Shown: in pieces, positions 53,601 through 62,600 of the stretch
Numbering within the stretch: position 1 is the stretch's first letter
How the letters are laid out: every line of letters begins with the position of its first letter
NCBI RefSeq assembly: GCF_006345805.1
Contig: NC_042997.1
Coordinates: forward strand, 204,228,001-204,292,000
Direction of reading: 5' to 3'
DNA: 64,000 nucleotides
Source: Octopus sinensis
Lineage: Eukaryota
Notes under the pieces: model-generated
Told to the model about the DNA's origin: nothing
The model's database searches: none
Seen by the model: the letters and a program-made list of their open reading frames with translations, nothing else
Made by a program: the position numbers and the translations under genes

Positions 53601-56600
53601 TGGCACTGGCATCGGCCACGATTTGGATGGTGCTTGTGGCCGATGCACCAGCCACGGCCACGAGCGGAATATTAAATGATGATGATGATCATCATGTGTA
53701 TTCTGTTGACTGGCATACAGAGGTTCTGGTCATCTTTATAATGACATCATCTGAACTGATTTATCTTCTCTTCCCTCTACACTGTCAACTCTTCAGCTTT
53801 AACCCTTTTGATACCAACCCGGCTGAAACCACCTCTGGTTCTGTAGTACAAATGTCTTGTTTTCATAAGTTTTGAATTAAAATCTTCCACCAAACCTTAG
53901 TCATAATTTATGTTCCTAACACTAACTGAATGATAACTAAGTTATTTTACTAAATTCTTTGTTATATTTAAAATTAATTGAAAGAAACACAGACCATCTC
54001 AAAATAAATACAGAAATGAAAGGGTTAAAGGCTGTCCTAGTTATTTATTGCAACTTATGTTTTTCTTTAGCACCAAACCAAATCCTTCATTTTTTTCTCT
54101 TTCTGGTTCTATTTCATCTTCAAGGGACATTTCTGACCCCTACTTTGACCAAATCAATGAAATGTTCTTATAAACAATATCATATTTATGTCTTCCTCAA
54201 AAATTTTCATTACAGCAATGGCGCTTACTTCCATATTTGGCTGCTAACTATTGTCTGGAACACTTTAGTAAATCTCTTTTTAGTGAACTTGTAAAAGTTC
54301 ATGTTGGACACATGTTTGGGGACCAAAGTGATTACATGGTAAGTTGAGCTTTGTTTTACCTTTTATTTTTCTCTTGTTTCGGTTATTGGACTGTGGCCAT
54401 GCTGGAACACTACTTTCATCAAATCAGCCCTAGTACTTATTTTTTAAGTCTAGTACTTAATCTGTCAGTCTCTTTTGCTGAACTACTAAGTTGCAGGGAT
54501 GTAAACAAACCAACATGGGTTGTCAACCACAACACACATGATGGGGTTCTACACAGTCCCATCATCATCATCATCGTTTAACGTCTGCTTTCCATGCTAG
54601 CATGGGTTGGACGATTTTGATCGAGGGCTGCACCAGGCTTCAATCTTGATCTGGCAGAGTTTCTACAGCTGGATGCCCTTCCTAATGCCAATCACTTCGA
54701 GAGTGTAGTGGGTGCTTTTACGTGGCGAGTCAGGCGGTACTGGCAACAACCTCACTCAAATCTTTTACACATGCCACTGGCATTGATCAGCCTGGGGCTG
54801 TAGTAGAAGACACTTGTCTAGGGTACTGCACAGTGGGACCGAACCTGAAACTCTATGGTTGCAAGTGAGCTTCCTAACCACAAAGCCATGCATATTTATT
54901 ATATTTATTTATATATTTTATTTCACAGTTTGTCTGCAATAATGTCTTCAGTAACAAGTCTCCAATGGAACAATCACTTGTTCAGTGTATTTCTGAAGAC
55001 TAGAGTAACACGGGAGAATCTTTAGCTCAATGTAGAACAAATATCTTAAGGGGTTTTCCCTCTCTCTCTTTCGGAGAGGCACAAGCACCTACACTCACAT
55101 ATACATACACGGCAGTAACTTCCACCTACCAAATTCAATCACAAAGCTTTGGTCGGCCTAGGGCTATAGCAGAAGACACTTGCCCAAAGTGCCACGCGGT
55201 GGGACTGAACCCGAAACCACGTAGCTAGGAAGCAAGCTCCCTAACCACACAGCCATGCCCGCGCCTAATATGTTGTTTATAGGTTTCTCTCAATATACAT
55301 CAGCAAAATGCACAGACACACGTCTATAAATATAGTTTGGTCCTGTGGTTAAGAAACTTGCTTCCTAACCTCATGCTTTTTGGTTCAGTTCCACTGCTTT
55401 CTACATTGGGCCAGTTTTTTTTTCTATTGTAGCTGTGGGTGTGTGCATGCGTGTGTGCATGCACATTCTTGTCATGACACTACACAATAATTGTAAATGA
55501 GCATCACTGTCATACAGGTGGTGTTGATTGTTTCCAATCTTCCATGAAAACATGTCCAGCCATGGGGAAATGATATCTTCCTTGGAAACAGGTGAGGAAC
55601 GGTGACAGGAAGAATATTACTGATAGTGACTTCTACAAATGCCTAAGTTTTTAAACACTGGACTTTGTACCATTGATCTTTACATTGTCAAAGTAAAAGA
55701 TTAAGTTGTATAAAACCCAAATTAAGTAAATCTACTGACGCATTCTACACCTACCTACCTACCAAAAGGGACACACCTAAATACCCACACCTGCTTACAA
55801 TGTCCTACATACATAGATAAATTCTAAATAATATAACTCCAAATTTAACGAATATAAATTTTTCCATTACAAACAACTCTAAAAACCTAATTACTACTCC
55901 ACTCCAACCTGCACTTCCAAGGAAGATTTTCACTCAACAGAGACTATATGAAGCCAAGATTATCTTTGGCTTAACAGACTGAAACTTTGAAGTCCCTGTC
56001 AAAAATTTTCTTGTTTGAGATGGCATATAAAAAGCACCATTCGAGCATGGCCAATGCCAGTGATGCCTGACTGGGACCCGTGCCAGTGGCACGTAAAAAA
56101 GCACCATTTGAGCATGGTCGATGCCAGTGCCATCTGACTGGCTCCTGTGTTGGTGGCACGTAAAAAGCACCCACTACACTCTCAGTGTGGTTGGGGTTAT
56201 GAAGGTCATCCAGCTGTAGAAACCTTACCAAATCAGATTGGAGTCTGGTGCAGTCTCCTGGCTTGCCAGTCCTCAGTCAAACTGTCCAATCCATGCCAGC
56301 ATGGAAAGCAGATGTTAAACGACGGTGATAATGATCATACACACACACACACACACACACAATAGGCTTCTGCATAGTTTCTGTGTCTCTGTTTACTGAA
56401 TTTTATCTAAATCACCCATATAGTATTGCTCAACTCACATCTATAATAGAAGACACTAATCCATGGTGTCCCACTGCAAGTTTGAACCTAGAATCTTATG
56501 GGCTCAAAGCAAACTTCTCCACCATGGCAGCACACCTTTTATAAATTGATTTAGTATTTCTGAGGTAATCAATTCATTATGGCTGCCTAATTTTGCTAAT

Positions 56601-59600
56601 GGCAAAAAGTGGATTACTCTGTTTTGAGTGCATGGCACCTTTTTCTGTTGTGGATTACCACAGATGGAAACGGAAGAGAACCTCAAAAGAAATTAGTATT
56701 TATGGACTTTCAAGTGTCCATTTAGCATTTATTAAACTGCTGCAGAGTGGGCTAGAAAAATAAGAAATGAAGTATCTTGCTGAAGGACACAAAGCACTAC
56801 CTGATCCTGGAATTGAACCCAAAACATTCTGTTCATGAACCTATACTCTAACCACTAGACTGCACCTAGATTGAAAAATATTAACTATTTAGATACAAGA
56901 AAAAAATTATTGATTAGAACCATATTCGCCTTGCTGTTTTTGTAAGGTAAACTTGCAGTGAGACATGAGTTAATTCCTTAATACACATCAAGGTAGGTAG
57001 CTCTGGTGCTTGGCTGCAAATATAAAATATCCAATGAGTTTTGCAGTTTATAATTTACATGACTCAACAAGACTGGTGTCATGGTTTCACAATCCTGTCT
57101 GATATCTTTTGAAATTATTTACATAATGTTGCAACTCAAGCAACCATGTTATTGCATTGTTTTAGACTGATCTAGTTTATAGCAGGAAAACAGTAACAAA
57201 GTGCTAAATAAGAGGACATAGTATAATATCCTGTGAGAAAGAAACGAAGGAGGATTTAACGGTTTGGGCTGTGGCCTTTCTTTGGGGGACATTAAAAACA
57301 AGAAAGGGGGTTACATGAAAAGTAACCTTAACTTTCTTTGTAGATAAGGTTGCTTATCCATAAATTATTGTGTTTCTGTTGAAGCCAGCATGGTGAATGG
57401 AAAAAGGAAGAGAATATAGCAGGAGTGCAGAATGGTGTATTACATGCAAAGGAGTGCAGTGGGGGAAGAGAAGAGACATGCATTTTGTGTATGAGTGACT
57501 GTTTAGGAGCTGGGAATTGGAGATGCATGTGTATGGTAGATGGGTAGCAGATCTGTGTGAGTGAAGTTCATTGGACAGTGTTTATTGTCGTGTGCAGATA
57601 TTCAAGAAGACAGTGTTATTAGAGAAAGGCAACAAAAAGATTAATCCTAGTTTGAAGGCTGCGTTTAGCTTGAAACTAAGTTGCTGATCATGGTGAAGAT
57701 GAGAAATAGGAGGTCAATGGTATAAAATAGCACCACAGATGTGGCCAGGAGACTGGATAAAGTAACATGTTTTTTTCTCTTCTGATTGACAGTGGGGATT
57801 AATCCGTGAAATACATGCGCTGTCATCTGCTAGCAAACCTCTGGGAAGCTGGTTAGCTCGAGATGGACTTCAAGAGTGCAGAGAAGCTTGTGGTGGAAAT
57901 GGCTATCTTGCTGGTGAGTGTCTCTATCCACAAACAATATATTTACATCATCTTCATCATCATCATTATTTAGCATCTGTATTCCATGCTGGCATGGGTT
58001 AGATGGTTTGACTGGAATTGGTGAGCCAGAAAGGTGCACCAGTCTGTTTAGGCTTGGTTTCCATGGCTGGATGTCCTTCCTAATGCCAGTCACTCCATAG
58101 TATGTACAGGGCGCATTTTACATATCACTGGCGTATAGCCAGGAAACCTTTTTCTATTTTATCTCCCTGTTTATTTGTGTGTTGCTTTCTGTTGAAGAGC
58201 GTAAGCTCGAAACATAAAAACTTACTCATTTCCCAAGCGTTAAACTAATACATCTGTTTGCTGTTTACACACCCGTCTTTGTCTTTTGGTTTTTGTAAGT
58301 TCTCACTATATTACTCTTTTCTCTTTTACTTGTTTCAGTCATTTGACTGCGGCCATGCTGGAGCACCGCCTTTAGTCGAGCAAATCGACCCCGGGACTTA
58401 TTCTTTGTAAGCCCAGTACTTATTCTATCGGTCTCTTTTGCAGAACCGCTAAGTGGTACGGGGACGTAAACACACCAGCATCGGCTGTCAAGCAATGCTA
58501 GGGGGACAAACACAGACACACAAACACATACATATATATACATATACACGACAGGCTTCTTTCAGTTTCCGTCTACCAAATCCACTCACAAGGCATTGGT
58601 CGGCCCGGGGCTATAGCAGAAGACACTTGCCCAAGATGCCACGCAGTGGGACTGAACCCGGAACCATGTGGTTGGTTAGCAAGCTACTTACCACACAGCT
58701 ACTCCTGCGCCTTTATATATATATATATATTTTTTTTTTCTAGTTTCCGCTCAGAGCTGCGGCCATGCTGATGCACCGTTGTTTTGTGCTACACTGTTAT
58801 TGCGACGAACCTCGTCTAATATGTGGCACTTGGTGAAGAATGGAGTTTGATATAGCTACCCTTATTTGCACCTCTTGCCGTGAGGTAGGTTCATCTGGGA
58901 CTCTTGACAGGAAGATGTCCAGTTTTGATTTAAAAACCGCTACATTTACTTTGTGCAAGTTCCTCAGACTCTCTGGGAGAATATTGAAAAGCTGTGGGCC
59001 CTTGAAACCCAGGCTTTTGCAGAAGCTGGTCCTGAAGCGTGATGGCATTGCTGGGATCTTTGGCACTGTGCCGCGTCGTCCCGTTCTGGCATTGGTGTAG
59101 CTGTCAATGCCAAAATTTGGCACAATTCCTTCCAGGATCTTCCAGACATCTATTACTGCATACCTCTCCCGTATTCTCTCCAGGGAGTAGAGTCTTAGCT
59201 GTTTCAACCTTTCCCAGTAGCTGAGCTGTTGCAAAGAGACGATCTTCTTTGTGAATCTTCTCTGGATTGCTTCAAGGTCTGCTGTTAATTTTACACTGGT
59301 GGCTGACTATAGCTGTGAGCAGTAATCCAGGTGGCTGAGGACGAATATCCGCCAGAGGACCATCATGGTTTCCTTATCTCTGGTTCTGAATGTTCTTAGG
59401 ACCCACCCAGCCAGTTGTCTGCACTTTGTCGCCATCCTGGTAATGTGCACTTAGAAAGAGGTATCATCACTCATGTCGATACCCAAGTCCCTCACAGACT
59501 TAGGCTCTGGGATTGAAATTCCCTGTGGACCAGTGTATCCTGTAAGTTTAATATTCAGCTTTGGATGCTGGTAGTGCAGGGCCTGGAATTTTTCAGCATT

Positions 59601-62600
59601 AAACTGCATATTATTATCCTCAGCCCATCTGTAGATTGAGTCCAACTCCTGCTGCAGGTGTGCAACATCGCTGGGGTTCTGTATTTTCTGCGAGACTTTC
59701 GTATCGTCTGCATAGCTGGCCAGAGTGGCTATCCGGGCATTTGAGTGCATATCTGAGAGGGCCACTATAAAAAGCTGTGGTCCCAAGACAGTGCCCTGTG
59801 GAACACCACTCACTATTTGTGTGTTCATAGAGGTGGCTCCATTAACCACTACTGCCTGACTCCTATCTTTCAGGAAGTCATGCAACCACACTCCAAGTTT
59901 TCCAGCTATGCCGAGGTCACATAGTTTGTGGCATATCATACCATGATCCACCTTGTCAAAAGCTTTTGCAAAATCAAGGTAGATTACGTCCACATTTGAT
60001 TTGTTGAGTAACTGCCTCAACACCCAGTCATAATGCTGTAAGAGCTGGGTCAGGCAGCTCCTACCTGGTCGAAAACCATGCTGGGTATTACTCAGCAAGT
60101 TATTTTCCTCAAGGAATGCAATTAGTTTCTTTCTGACTATCCTTTCCATGACTTTGCTGATGTGTGAAGTCAGAGAGATAGGCCTATAGTTTTTGGCATC
60201 TGCTTTACTTCCCCCTTTATGTATTGGGCATATTATTCCCTCCTTCAGCTTGCTTGGCAGTTTGCCATTCGCAAGAAAGCTCTGGAAGAGAATCTTGAGG
60301 GGTTTTGCCAGGGCATGCTTACACGCTTTGAGGAGGATGGCTGGGAAACCGTCTGGACCAGCAGCTGAGTTTGTGTCCACTTCATCTATGGCTAGTAGGA
60401 CATCTTTTTCGCTAATGTCAATACATTCTATTGTAACCGCCTCGCTGGTTATAGGTGAGGCGGCAAAGAAGTCCACTCGTTCATTTACTTGTCTGTGTTC
60501 CAACGGGGTGGTAAAGACACTTTTGAACTGGCCATTCAGCATCTCACTGATCATAGTTGGACTGTCTGTGAGGGAGCCATCCTTTTGGAGGAGGGGTCCT
60601 ATCTTGTAGTGCACTGAGACTGTTTCTTTCGCTTTGGGTTTGATTTAATGTTTTTTATAACCCAGGCTTCTTTGTCTGCTTTCTCCTTCACATAGGATTG
60701 TTGCAGCCTTTTTTCAATCTCCATCAGTGTTGTTTTTAAGCGGGACTTTTCGCTACTTTTGGGATGTTGGTTGAGACGATTTGCAACCTTCGTCCGTCGT
60801 CTCATGAGGATCTTTCTGTCTCTTGGAATCTTGCTCCTATTTGTTTTGGCCTTGTGCTCTGGAACATATTTCTGGCATACAGCTTATATATATATATATA
60901 TAAATATAGAAAAACGTTGCCCTTTTCAAGCCTAGCCAGGCTCATGGGCCCAGTTTCCTGGTTTCTGTGGCGTATATGTTCCCCCCAGCTGGACGGGATG
61001 CCAGTCCATTGCAGTGTTACTCAAGAAACAGGAAGAGAGAGTGAGAGAAAGTTGTGGTGAAAGAGTATAACAGGGGTTGCCCCCCCCCCTGCTGGAGCCT
61101 CGTGGAGCTTTTAGGTGTTTGCGCTCAATAAACACACACAACGCTCGGTCTGCGAATCGAAACCGCGAGTCCGCTGCCCTAACCACTGGGCCATTGCACC
61201 TCCACACACACACATATATATATATATATATACAAACAGACACACACTTATGGCTTAGTGGTTAGGGTGTTGTACTCATGATTGCGAGATTGTGGGTTCG
61301 ATTCCCAGACCGGGCGTTGCATTGTGTTCTTGAGCAGAGCACTTCATTTCCAATTGCTCTGCAATCATTTTGTCATCTGGCATGTGGCACCCATTGCACC
61401 TTTACAGGTAATGTCAATTTGATGGAGGGAGTGAGCTTATGTCTACACAAACATTTATTAATGTAAGGAAATTAATATCCAAACTTATCATAAAGATATA
61501 TATAAATAAATAAATATAAATGTATATAAAAATACTAGCAGTATTGCCCGGCGTTGCTCGGGTTTGTAAGGGAAATAACTATATAAGCATTTTTAGAGAT
61601 GTAAAGTATAATAGCCATCTCAATATGGCTAACCACAAAGGGAGGGTGTTAATGTAGCTTTTTACGTTCTGAGATTTAATAATAAATTTTTAGAGAGTTG
61701 CTTCCATTATATATGCCAAAAATGCATTAAAAATGGGGAAAATTGATGGTAAATTTTTTTAAAATCGTAGACTCATCGTAGACGCGCGCTAATACCCAGA
61801 AGGGCTCGATATGAATCACGACTATAAGATACCTGGTTTTGGTTAAACTGCACTGCAAAATGTGGGAGTAGTTAGGAATCTAAATTGTAGGAGACAGACA
61901 CCATACAACCTCACTTTTATATATAAAGATATGTAAATATGTATAAATGTAATGTATAAATAAATTTGATAGTTTAAAAGTTTTGAATTAAATATTTAAA
62001 GCATCTGACGATTGTTTCGCAGAAGAGTTGCCCCTATAATGGAATCCTATATTGATAAGCATTTATATATATTGCTTGTATTAAATATATAAATACTTTA
62101 ATAGTATTAATATTTTGATACAATTGAGCACTCAATATAAATTCAGTACATAATATTCTTATTGAATATATTTACCTAAAGATTTAAACACAAACATTTA
62201 CTCACTATAAACAAGTCCTTTGTGTGGTTGTTTGGCAAGAAACTGCTGAACCCTCATATGATGGGAGAGTCCATGATATAGAAAGAGAGAGAGAGAAACA
62301 CAAAGGCCAATAAGGCAGCGAACTGGCAGAAACATTAGCATGCCAGGCGAAATGCTTAGCGGTATTTCGTCTGCTGCTACGTTCCGAGTTCAAATTCCGC
62401 TGAGGTCGACTTTGCTTTTCATCCTTTCGGGGTCAATTAAATAAGTACCAGTTACACACTGGGGTCGATATAATCGACTTAATCTGTCTGTCTGTCTGTC
62501 CTGGTTTGTCTCCTCTGTGTTTAGCCCTTTGTGAGTAGTAAAGAAATAGGTATTTTGTCTACCGTTATGTTCTGAGTTCAAATTCCGCCGAGGTCGACTT

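Noticed and set aside
55680-57700. Possible very old LINE remnants (55680-55990 and 57280-57700)
   Set aside because: Translations give only vague motif similarity; not supportable by eye.
3582-59320. Premature stops at Trp codons (TGG to TAG/TGA) in the Tx1 and CR1 ORF2s, suggesting APOBEC-like editing
   Set aside because: Only three cases; G-to-A at TGG is an ordinary route to nonsense codons and I cannot show wider G-to-A bias without a consensus.
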